The notes: generated from the letters alone by a model not told the origin. DNA of 64,000 nt from Opitutus sp. GAS368 (GCA_945871085.1 CAMBVX010000001.1:7347-71346), one strand, 5' to 3'; positions 47,624 to 55,902 are shown, counted from the stretch's first letter. Translations and numbers: made by a program.

Positions 47624-49282
47624 CTACGCCGGGAGCGGAATCTTCGCTGCGGCGGGCGTGAACGTCACGGCGAAGATCGCGGCGGGTGCCGGGCCGATCA
47701 CGAGCGTGGCGTTGAGTTGCGTGGTCAAGTCGCCCACGAGTTGCAGGCCGAGGGAGTCGCCGCGCCGCGCCGCGAAATCCGGCGGCAGGCCGACCCCGTC
47801 GTCGCTCACGCGCAGGCAAATCTGCGTGCTGCCGGCGACGGGCTGTAAGGCGATCCGCACTTCGCCGCCGCGCCCGGCGGGGAAGCCGTGTTTGAGGCAG
47901 TTCGAAATCAATTCGTTCACCAACAGACCGCAGGGTGCGGCCTGATCCATCGTGACGGTGATGGGCGCGAGTTCCAGCGTGAGCCGGACGAGGGCGGGCG
48001 CGGCGTTGAGCATACGGAAGGACTGCGTGGCAATTTGCCCCAAGTAGCTGCCGAGGTCGACGGCGGCGAAGGTGCCGGAGCGGTAAAGCATATCGTGCAG
48101 CTGCGCCATCGCGCGGATGCGCCCCTGCATGTCGGTGAGCACCGTCTTCGTGGCGGGCACGTCGCTCCGCCCGCTCTCGAGGCGCAGGAGGCTGGTGATC
48201 ACCTGCAGGTTGTTCTTCACCCGGTGGTGGACTTCGTTCAACAGCGCGGTCTTTTCGTGGAGGGAGGCTTGCAGGGCGACCTGCGCCCGTTTGCGGACGC
48301 TGATGTTCTTATGCGCCATGACGGCCCCCGCGCGCGACCCCGCCAGACGGGTGATGGTGAGGAGGAACCACCGATCCTCCGTCGGCGAGTGGCCGGGATA
48401 CTCCAGCTCAAACTGCTCCTGTTGCCCGGCCAAGACCGCGCTTAGCCCCGCTGCCACCGCGCTCGCCTCAGCTCCGTCGCGAAACGTCGCCGCCGCCCCG
48501 TGCACCTCCAGGTAGTTCGCGCCCACGGAATAGTTTCCGCGATCGGAGGCCCCGTGGTCTGCGGCGAATTGTTTCCACGCGCGGTTGACGAAGATGATGA
48601 CCGCCCGCTCGTCCAGCACGGCGATATGGTCGGACATCGAGTCCAAGATCTGGCCGTGTTCGATTTCACGCTGGCGAAGGACGGCCTCCACCTGCTTGCG
48701 GGTGGAGATGTCCGTCAGCACCAGGCTCAGCACCGTCTCGCCGTTGGTGCCGGTGTCGGCGCGCACCACAAGATTGACCCAGAGGGGCGGACCGTCGCCG
48801 CGCACCAAACGCAGGTCAGCCGAGTGCACGTTTGGCGCCGGTGCCGCGTCGGCCGGCCGAGCCTCGAGCGCCTGTTTCTTCAGGAAGTAATAGGGGTCCT
48901 GGTCGTCCTTGAGGATAAATTGGGCGAACGACTGGTGGACCAGCGCGCCTCGCGCCACGCCGAGCAACGTGCTGAGGGTGAGGTTGGACTGCAGGATTTT
49001 TCCGGCGGCGCTGACGGTGCAGTAGCCGACCGGGGCGAGGTCGTAGAGGTCGAAATAACGCGCGCGGGAAAGCTCCAGTTCGCCCTGCGCGCGGCGCAGT
49101 TCCTCTTTCTGCATCTCCAGCTCGATTTGGTGGACTTGGAGCTCGTGCAGAATGATCTGGGCCGCCTCGGGGGCGACGGGGTCCGGGCTGGCCGGCGACG
49201 CGGCGGCCTGGGCGCGGTGAGCGGCTTCGGCCTCGGCGCGGAGTGCGGCGGGGGTGCGGGATAAATCGTCGGGCGGTATCAT
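47624..49282 (-). CDS. PAS-PAS histidine kinase of the HisKA_2/HWE-type
   Basis: N-terminus ILHELQVHQIELEMQKEELRRAQ, two PAS domains, H-box EVHHRVKNNLQVITSLLRLE, and an ATPase region LVNELISNCLKHGF...DDGVGLP...SLGLQLV. Confidence 0.88.
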   Translation of the reverse strand: MIPPDDLSRTPAALRAEAEAAHRAQAAASPASPDPVAPEAAQIILHELQVHQIELEMQKEELRRAQGELELSRARYFDLYDLAPVGYCTVSAAGKILQSNLTLSTLLGVARGALVHQSFAQFILKDDQDPYYFLKKQALEARPADAAPAPNVHSADLRLVRGDGPPLWVNLVVRADTGTNGETVLSLVLTDISTRKQVEAVLRQREIEHGQILDSMSDHIAVLDERAVIIFVNRAWKQFAADHGASDRGNYSVGANYLEVHGAAATFRDGAEASAVAAGLSAVLAGQQEQFELEYPGHSPTEDRWFLLTITRLAGSRAGAVMAHKNISVRKRAQVALQASLHEKTALLNEVHHRVKNNLQVITSLLRLESGRSDVPATKTVLTDMQGRIRAMAQLHDMLYRSGTFAAVDLGSYLGQIATQSFRMLNAAPALVRLTLELAPITVTMDQAAPCGLLVNELISNCLKHGFPAGRGGEVRIALQPVAGSTQICLRVSDDGVGLPPDFAARRGDSLGLQLVGDLTTQLNATLVIGPAPAAIFAVTFTPAAAKIPLPA

Positions 49283-50274
49283 GATGGGGCTCCTTCGCGC
49301 GCAGGTCGGCGGGCACTGAGATCTTGGAGGAAAACGACGAGTTGCCCGCCCTCGACCGGGCGAAATTGGAAACTGACTTCGACCTCAAAGGTGGTCCGGT
49401 CCTTGCGGCGATGGCGGCAGGTAAAAACTCGGCCGTCACCGGCCAATACTTGTTGAAGGTGGGCGGCGGTGGCGGCGGCCGTCGAGGGGTCTTCGAGCTC
49501 GGAGATGTGCATCGTGAGCAGTTCATGCACGTCGTAGCCGCTCATGCGGCAATAGGTCTCGTTGACTTCCAGCAGCTGGCCGCGGGCATCGGCCAGCCAG
49601 AAGCCGGCCATGGCCGTTTGGAGGATGGCCCAGTGCTGCTCTTCGCGCTCCCGCAACGCCTCCTCCAGCTGCGTGCGCTCCGTAATGTCGCTCAGCACCA
49701 GGCGGAGCGTGGGGGCGCCGCCTGCTTCCGGCGCGACCGCCGCCGTCAGGTGCATGAGCCGGGGCGGGCCATCGGGCGGGAGGATCAACCACTCGCCCGA
49801 GAGCGATTTAACGGCCGACCCGGCGGCGGCCGCCTCGGACGTGAGGTGGTGCCGGAGCTGGAGGTAAAATTTGTCGGTGTCGGCCGGGGCGAGGAAACGG
49901 GCGAACGGTTGCCGGAGCAACGCGCGGTGGGGCAGCCCGAGGAGCGCGGCGAGGGTGAGGTTGGTCTCGATCAGCCGGCCCGCCGCGTCGAGGGTGCAGT
50001 AGCCGACGGGTGCGAGGTGATAGAGATCTGAATACCGCGCGCGGGAGGCGTCGAGTTTCGCCTGAGCGTGGCGCAGTTCCTCGTTCTGCATTTCCAGCTC
50101 GATCTGGTGCAAGCGCAGCTCGTGCAGCAGCAGTGGGATTTCGGCGGGCGTCGCCGCCGCGGAAGGGGCGGCGAGGTCGCGGGCGTTGTTGTGCAAGAAC
50201 GCGGACTCCGCCCGCGCGCGGAGGGCGGCGGACGGATCGGCGGCGGCGGCGGAAAGATCAGGCGACGGTTTCAT
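49279..50274 (-). CDS. PAS-only sensor protein (coiled-coil N-terminus + 2 PAS)
   Basis: LLHELRLHQIELEMQNEELRHAQ...YSDLYHLAPVGYCTL. A second PAS follows (WAILQTAMAGFWLAD...), with no output domain. The stop overlaps the downstream kinase start by 4 nt. Confidence 0.8.
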   Translation of the reverse strand: MKPSPDLSAAAADPSAALRARAESAFLHNNARDLAAPSAAATPAEIPLLLHELRLHQIELEMQNEELRHAQAKLDASRARYSDLYHLAPVGYCTLDAAGRLIETNLTLAALLGLPHRALLRQPFARFLAPADTDKFYLQLRHHLTSEAAAAGSAVKSLSGEWLILPPDGPPRLMHLTAAVAPEAGGAPTLRLVLSDITERTQLEEALREREEQHWAILQTAMAGFWLADARGQLLEVNETYCRMSGYDVHELLTMHISELEDPSTAAATAAHLQQVLAGDGRVFTCRHRRKDRTTFEVEVSFQFRPVEGGQLVVFLQDLSARRPAREGAPS

Positions 50275-50295
50275 GGGCGGGCGGGCGCAGGAAAA

Positions 50296-50640
50296 GTTTT
50301 TCAGATCGGCAGGCCGGGACGCCGGCCGCTACGCGGAGGCAGAACGAGAACGAGAACGATTAGGAGAAAGTGAAAGTGAAAGGGAAAGAGAAAGTGAAAG
50401 TGGAGGAGGAGAACGAGAACGATGGGTGGAGCCACAAACCCCCATCGGTTTGCACCGCAGAGACCCCATCTTCAGAGCGCAGAGCAAGGCAGGGGTTTTC
50501 TCTGCGTCGCCGAATTCCGCGTCTCTGCGGTGCAAAAAATCTGCGGCTTGAAAATGCCCACAGCACAACAACCCACCCAGATAACGGCCTATCGTGACGC
50601 GCTACAGCCGGGACGCCGGCCGTTACGCTGAGGGATTTGG
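50296..50640 (+). repeat. Composite spacer element: partial R1 + hexamer tract + degenerate hairpins + R1-like tail
   Basis: cGGCAGGCCGGgacgCCGGCCGCTACGCGGAGGCA, then the tract at 50342-50424, then ggagccacaaacccccatcggtttg, then tctctgcgtcgccgaattccgcgtctctgcggtgcaaaaaa, then cagCCGGgacgCCGGccgttacgctgagg. Confidence 0.75.
50342..50424 (+). repeat. Mixed hexamer microsatellite (GAGAAC and GTGAAA/GAAAGT units)
   Basis: gaacgagaacgagaacgattaggagaaagtgaaagtgaaagggaaagagaaagtgaaagtggaggaggagaacgagaacgatgg. Confidence 0.88.
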
Positions 50641-50649
50641 CCGGGGTGG

Positions 50650-53600
50650 TCATGGGGCGCCGGCCTCTGCCGTCCGTTCCGTCGTGGCGATCGCATACGG
50701 CCGGCCCCTTTCGTTGATCAGGACGGTCGCGATCATCGAAATTTCCACGATCTGGCCGGATTTGGTGAGGCGCTGCGTGCGATAGGGCTCCAGCACTTTC
50801 GCGTGGCTGAGCTCTCGCATTTTCTCACTCTCCTGGTACCGCTGCGCGGGCGGGATGCGGTCGCTCGCGTTCATCGTCAGCGCCTCGGCTTCGCTCCAGC
50901 CATACATCCGCACGGCGCCTGGATTCCACGCGAGGATGCGGCCGTTCAGATCCTTGACCGTGATGGCATCGTGCGCATCGCGCACCACCACCGCCAGCCG
51001 CAGCAGGTCGTTGGCTTCGCGCAAGGCGGCGCGCGTTTGCGCGATCTCGGTCACGTCCACGAATGAGATCACGGCGCCCTCGATCACGTTTTCCAGCGTG
51101 CGGTAGGGCTGGATCTTCATCACGTAGCTTTCGCCCGCGAGGGTCTGCACAGGGATCTCCTTGGTCACGAGCGTGTCGAGCACCACTTTCAAATCGTTGA
51201 TGAGGCCGGTGTAACTCACGAGATTCGAGACGATGTGCGCGACCGGCCGCCCGACGTCGGTCGGGATCAGGTTGATGATGACGCTGGCCGCGGGGGTGAA
51301 ACGCAGAATGCGCAGCTGATGGTCCACGAACACCGTGCCGATGCCGGTGCCGGCGAGCAGGTTGTTCATGTCGTTGTTCATCCGCGAGAGATCGACCACC
51401 TTGGTCTGCAACTCGGTATTGATGGTGGCCAGTTCCTCGTTGAGCGACTGCAACTCCTCCTTGGAGGTTTCCAGTTCCTCGTTGGTGGATTGCAGCTCTT
51501 CGTTGATGGACTGCATTTCCTCGTTCGACGACTTGAGCTCCTCGGAGGAGCTCTCCAGTTCGGCGCTGGTGCTTTGCAGATATTCCTCCGTGGCGCGGAG
51601 TTCGGCCTTGAGCGCGGCGATGCGCTCGGCGGCGTCTGGCGAAAGGGTGCCGTGCGCCACGGGCGCGAGGTCGTCGCTCATGGCGACGACCGACGGTGGC
51701 GCCGGGGCCGCGAGCGGCGCTTCCTCGAGGATGACCAGAAAGAGTGGCGCCTCCGGGGACGCGCCCGGGCCGGAGGTCACCGGCCGGATGGTGAGGTTGA
51801 CTGTGGTGAAGTGGCCGTTGGTTTTTACGCGCAGGCCCGGGTGGACGCCGGTGTCGCCGGTGCCCACCGCCCTGTACAGGCCGGAGGTCAGCTCGCGGCG
51901 CAGGCCCTCGCGAGCCATCTTAAGGATGTTGTTGAGGCCGGCCTCGCCGGGGCTGGGCTCGAGAAACAGGCCGGTGCGACCGTGCAGATAGAGGATATCA
52001 CCGTGGGCGTTGACCAGCGCGCCGGCGGCGATGATCTGCGCGAGCAGCGCGTGCTCGGTGGTTTCGCGCAGCGAACTGCGTGCGCCTTTGGCCGCCGCTA
52101 TTTTTTCCTGCGCCGATGGCAGCGCCGCACCCGTCGCCGTGATGGGTGGCCGGAAGAGCCGGAGGGCCGCGCGTTGCTGGCCCTGCAAGTCAGCTTTGCG
52201 CTGATACAGATTGGCCTTGCGGTCGATGGCGCTGAACAGGCCGTTAAACTCGCCCACGCCTTCGGACGTGCCGAGGAACAGGGTGCCCTCCGCTTTCAGC
52301 GCATGGTGAAAGAGCGGGATGAGTTTCTTCTGCAGGTCCGTGCCCAGGTAGATCAGCAGATTCCGGCAACTGATCAGATCGAGTTTGGAGAAGGGCGGGT
52401 CTTTGATGACGTCCTGCTTGGAAAATACCAGCAGGTCGCGGATGCCTTTGTGGATGCGGTAGGCGCTGCCGTCGGCTTCGGCGGTGAAAAAACGCGCCAG
52501 GCGCTCCGGCGAGAGGTCGGCGGCGATGCTCGCCGGGAAGAGCCCGGTCCGGGCGGTGGCGATGGCCTGGCTGTCGATGTCGGTGGCGAACACCTGCACC
52601 GGGAAGCTGGCCTTGAGGGCCTCCATGCGCTCGACCAGCAGAATGGCGATCGAGTAGGCCTCCTCGCCGGTGGAGCAACCCGTGCTCCAGACACGGATCA
52701 CCGCGCCGGGGGATTTGTGCGCAAAGAGAGTCGGGATGACCTGATCCTCCAGCACCTGAAAGGCCTCGGGATCGCGGAAGAAATTGGTGACGCCAATGAG
52801 CAGGTCCCGAAACAGCGCCTCCACCTCGGCGGAAGTCTGCTGCAGATATTTGACGTAGTTGTCGATCCCCTCGATCTGGTGCACCGCGATGCGCCGGTCG
52901 ACGCGGCGGTGGATGGTGCTGGGTTTGTAGAGGGAAAAGTCGTGGCCGGTCTGGGCGCGCAGCAGCTGGAAAATTTTCTTCATCGCGCCCTCGACGTGGG
53001 GCGCGGAGAGGGTGGTGGCTTTGGGGAGTTTCCTCAAGGCGTGGGTGGCGTAGGCGATCAGCTGCGCGGGCATCTCGGCCGGCGGCAGCTCGTAGTCCAC
53101 GAGGCCGGTGCCGATGGCGCTGCGCGGCATGCCGTCGAACTCGGTCGATTCCGCGTTCTGCGCCATGACCATGCCGCCCTCGGCCTTGATGGCGCGCACG
53201 CCCTGGGTGCCGTCGCTGCCGGTGCCCGAGAGGACGATGCCGATGGCACGCTCGTGCTGATCCGCAGCGAGGGAGCGGAAGAAAAAATCGATCGGCAGGC
53301 GGTGGCCGCGCGGCTCGCCGGGTTCGAGCAACTGCAGCGTGCCATTGACGAACGCCATGTCGCGGCCGGGCGGAATGATGTAGGCGCAGTTGGGCTGCAC
53401 GACCATGCCGTCCTCGACCTCAAAGACCTGCATGCGCGTGCAGCGGCGAATGAGTTCGGAGAGGATGCTCTTGTAGTCCGGGGCCAAATGTTGCACGAGC
53501 ACGAAGGCCATGTCCGTATCGACGGCGGCGGGCATGCCGGCGAAAAACGCCTCGAAGGCGGCGAGGCCGCCGGCGGATGCACCGAGGCCGACAATCGGAA

Positions 53601-53745
53601 AACCGAGGGCGGCAGGTGCGGGGGCTGCCGGGGAATCGGCGGCGGGCGAAGCCGCGGGCGCCGGAGCGGGGGCCGGAGCGGGTGGCCGCGCGGGCGGGGT
53701 GGCGGAGGAAGTAGCAAGGTCCGGATTGTCTTTAGAGCTTTTCAT
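50650..53745 (-). CDS. CheB methylesterase - CheR methyltransferase fusion with coiled coil and C-terminal PAS domains (no kinase domain)
   Basis: Start MKSSKDNPD at 53745. CheB block IVGLGASAGGLAAFEAFF...VLSGTGSDGTQG. CheR block IRVWSTGCSTGEEAYSIAILL...DLISCRNLLIYL. Heptad tract ELKSSNEEMQSINEELQSTNEELETSKEELQSLNEEL. Two PAS-like domains, then the stop. Confidence 0.88.
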   Translation of the reverse strand: MKSSKDNPDLATSSATPPARPPAPAPAPAPAASPAADSPAAPAPAALGFPIVGLGASAGGLAAFEAFFAGMPAAVDTDMAFVLVQHLAPDYKSILSELIRRCTRMQVFEVEDGMVVQPNCAYIIPPGRDMAFVNGTLQLLEPGEPRGHRLPIDFFFRSLAADQHERAIGIVLSGTGSDGTQGVRAIKAEGGMVMAQNAESTEFDGMPRSAIGTGLVDYELPPAEMPAQLIAYATHALRKLPKATTLSAPHVEGAMKKIFQLLRAQTGHDFSLYKPSTIHRRVDRRIAVHQIEGIDNYVKYLQQTSAEVEALFRDLLIGVTNFFRDPEAFQVLEDQVIPTLFAHKSPGAVIRVWSTGCSTGEEAYSIAILLVERMEALKASFPVQVFATDIDSQAIATARTGLFPASIAADLSPERLARFFTAEADGSAYRIHKGIRDLLVFSKQDVIKDPPFSKLDLISCRNLLIYLGTDLQKKLIPLFHHALKAEGTLFLGTSEGVGEFNGLFSAIDRKANLYQRKADLQGQQRAALRLFRPPITATGAALPSAQEKIAAAKGARSSLRETTEHALLAQIIAAGALVNAHGDILYLHGRTGLFLEPSPGEAGLNNILKMAREGLRRELTSGLYRAVGTGDTGVHPGLRVKTNGHFTTVNLTIRPVTSGPGASPEAPLFLVILEEAPLAAPAPPSVVAMSDDLAPVAHGTLSPDAAERIAALKAELRATEEYLQSTSAELESSSEELKSSNEEMQSINEELQSTNEELETSKEELQSLNEELATINTELQTKVVDLSRMNNDMNNLLAGTGIGTVFVDHQLRILRFTPAASVIINLIPTDVGRPVAHIVSNLVSYTGLINDLKVVLDTLVTKEIPVQTLAGESYVMKIQPYRTLENVIEGAVISFVDVTEIAQTRAALREANDLLRLAVVVRDAHDAITVKDLNGRILAWNPGAVRMYGWSEAEALTMNASDRIPPAQRYQESEKMRELSHAKVLEPYRTQRLTKSGQIVEISMIATVLINERGRPYAIATTERTAEAGAP

Positions 53746-53956
53746 AATGACGCCTTCATTTTCGTCGCAGGACTGACGGTGGAGAGAAGCACGGCCGGGG
53801 TGGTGGGGCCACATAATTCACGCTGCGGGGTGGGGTGTCGGCATGATTCACCCCGCTGGGCGCGGCGAGCGCGCCGCTGGCCCCGAAGAGCCGAGCGGGG
53901 GAGTGCGCGCGGCGTGTGGTGCGGCCGAGGAAACGACGCCATAAATCCAGCCGACC

Positions 53957-53970
53957 TTGATGCGGATCAA
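53957..53970. promoter_or_regulatory. FNR/CRP-family (FNR/Dnr/NnrR-type) box, perfect consensus TTGAT-GCGG-ATCAA
   Basis: Centre at 53963.5. A -10-like TACTCT at 53993-53998 lies 29.5 nt from the centre (class II geometry). The porin ATG is at 54027. Confidence 0.7.
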
Positions 53971-54026
53971 GCTCCGCTGGTCGGTCGGATGTTACTCTAC
54001 CGCTGATTAAAAAAGCACTCGTCACC

Positions 54027-55232
54027 ATGCACGCACCACCTCGTCACCTCGTTGCTCTCTTCGCCGTCTTCACGGGCTCGCTGCTCGCCGCCGATTCGTT
54101 CGGCGACGCCTTGGAGCAAGGCACGGTCTCGCTCAACGCCCGCCTCCGCTCCGAAGGTGTGCAACAGACCAGTCTCCGCGCCGCCGATGCGATCACGCTG
54201 CGCACGCGGCTCGGTTTCACCACCGCGCCTTGGCAAGGTCTGAAGGCCATGGTCGAGGCGGAGAACATCCTCGCGGGCAACGGCGACCGCTACAGTCAGG
54301 CCGGCCTGAATCCCGCCGCCACCGGCCGCGCCGTCGTCGCCGATCCCGAGACCAGCGAAATCAACCAAGTGTTGCTCGCCTACACGTCCGGCAAAACCAC
54401 CGCGACGCTCGGCCGCCAACGCCTCGTCTTGGACAACGCGCGCTTCATCGGCGACGTCGGCTGGCGGCAAAACATGCAGACCTTCGATGCCTTCGTCGTG
54501 CAGGACAAAACCCTCGACAAGACGACACTCACTTACGGCTACCTCGACCAGATCAACCGCGTCTTCGGCGACGATCACCCGCAGGGCAAATGGCCGTCCG
54601 ACTCCCACGTGCTCAATGCCAGCTACACCGGCTTCGCCGCCGGCACGTTCACCGGCTACGCCTACCTGCTCGATTTTGCGAAAACCGCCGCCGCGAATTC
54701 CTGCGCGACCTACGGCGCCAGTTTCGCCGGCACGCAGCCGCTCAGTGCCGACGTAAAATTCGCCTACCGCGCCGAGCTCGCCACGCAGTCCGACTACGGC
54801 TCCAGCGCGCTGAATTATGCGACGACCTACGCCGCCGTTTCCGCCGGTCTCGTGGTGCAACCCGGCACGCTCACGCTCGGCTATGAACAACTCGGCTCCG
54901 ACAATAAAGTTGGTTTCAAAACTCCCCTCGCCACGCTCCACGCTTTTAACGGCTGGGCCGATCTCTTCCTCGCCACGCCCGCCGCCGGCTTGCAAGAAAC
55001 CTCGGTGCGCGCGACCGCCAACCTCCCCGAGAATATCGCGCTCACCGCCTCGTATAGCCGTTTCGAGACCGACGTCGGCCGCGCGAAACTCGGAAAAGAA
55101 TTCGATGTGCAGCTCTCCCGAAAATTTGGCAAATCCGTTACCGGCCTCCTCAAATTCGCCAACTTCCGCCGCGACAGTCTGACGTTGCCCAACGTCCAGA
55201 AAATCTGGATGCAGGTCGAGTTCGTTTACTAG
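54027..55232 (+). CDS. Outer-membrane porin (alginate-export-like barrel family)
   Basis: Signal peptide HLVALFAVFTGSLLAADS. RFIGDVGWRQNMQTFDAF block as I recall it from Alginate_exp-type porins. C-terminal ...IWMQVEFVY (aromatic terminus). Confidence 0.7.
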   Translation: MHAPPRHLVALFAVFTGSLLAADSFGDALEQGTVSLNARLRSEGVQQTSLRAADAITLRTRLGFTTAPWQGLKAMVEAENILAGNGDRYSQAGLNPAATGRAVVADPETSEINQVLLAYTSGKTTATLGRQRLVLDNARFIGDVGWRQNMQTFDAFVVQDKTLDKTTLTYGYLDQINRVFGDDHPQGKWPSDSHVLNASYTGFAAGTFTGYAYLLDFAKTAAANSCATYGASFAGTQPLSADVKFAYRAELATQSDYGSSALNYATTYAAVSAGLVVQPGTLTLGYEQLGSDNKVGFKTPLATLHAFNGWADLFLATPAAGLQETSVRATANLPENIALTASYSRFETDVGRAKLGKEFDVQLSRKFGKSVTGLLKFANFRRDSLTLPNVQKIWMQVEFVY

Positions 55233-55245
55233 CCCGGTCTTGATG

Positions 55246-55665
55246 TTTTGTCATCGCGAGAGCTGAACCAAGGCGCGGCGCCTTGGGTGCCCGGGGCAAT
55301 GAACTTTGTTTGTCATGGCGAGCTCGGAGCAAGCGAGCTTGCGGGGTGGTGGCAGTGAACCGGACAAGGTTTGTCATTGCGAAGGAGGCTTGCCGACTGT
55401 GGCAATCCATCTGGAAACGCACCGTGGATTGCCGCAGTCGCTGAGGCTCCTTCGCAATGACAAACAGCGGCTGTTTCCTAGAAGAAGCGCAGCGACGTGG
55501 CCATCCATCTGGAATTTCAGCTGGATTGCCGCGCCCGCCAAGCCGGGCTCGCAATGACAAACTGTATGTGTTCATTCGCAGGAGCAGCCCTCCGCGCGGC
55601 GACGAAGCAATCCAGCTGGATCGCCACGCCGCGCGCCTTGCGCCACGCGAGGACGATCATTTCGA
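55246..55665 (+). repeat. Cluster of GTCATTGCGA...TCGCAATGAC-type long hairpin repeats (R2 units a-b-c-d-e)
   Basis: For example 55369-55462: TTGTCATTGCGAAGGAGgcttgccgactgtGGCAATCCAtctggaaacgcaccgTGGATTGCCgcagtcgctgaggCTCCTTCGCAATGACAA. Units a, d and e recur in the same order at 57688-57927. Confidence 0.88.
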
Positions 55666-55757
55666 ACCCACGCCCTGCCACTCGGCGCGGCGCGCTAGTG
55701 CTCGTTGCCCCGCGTCGTTCATGATGCTCACCTCGTCGTGCAATGTTAGGTCCCTCG

Positions 55758-55824
55758 CAAAAACGCCGAAAACCACTTGTCACTTATTAAGTGACATCCC
55801 CTCTGAAAATGGCCGGATTTTGTC
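55758..55824 (-). repeat. About 69-nt palindrome-bearing repeat (copy 2, inverted relative to 20254-20322)
   Basis: caaaaacgccgaaaaccacttgtcacttattaagtgacatcccctctgaaaatggccggattttgtc. Palindrome TGTCACTTA-T-TAAGTGACA at 55778-55796. Confidence 0.8.
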
Positions 55825-55902
55825 CGGCGACTTAACAGGGTAATACTCGATCACTGAGCCGGTCGACTGACCGCCGCCCCCGGTGAATTTCCCTCCCGAA
55901 CG

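Noticed and set aside
51235-54006. 923-aa plus-strand ORF
   Set aside because: Antisense shadow of the CheB-CheR-PAS gene. Low-complexity Arg/Gly/Asp-rich translation.
55778-55796. Palindrome TGTCACTTATTAAGTGACA as a CRP/FNR-type operator of the NirK promoter
   Set aside because: It does not fit TTGAT-N4-ATCAA or TGTGA-N6-TCACA spacing. It lies about 165 nt upstream of the predicted TSS, and it is part of a 69-nt repeat also present at 20254, where no promoter is apparent. It is kept only as a repeat or unknown protein site.
20254-55824. The 35-kb interval as a composite transposon or integrative island
   Set aside because: No integrase, transposase, tRNA target or direct target duplication is visible, and the flanking elements are only 69 nt. 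It is reported as an observation, not called a mobile element.
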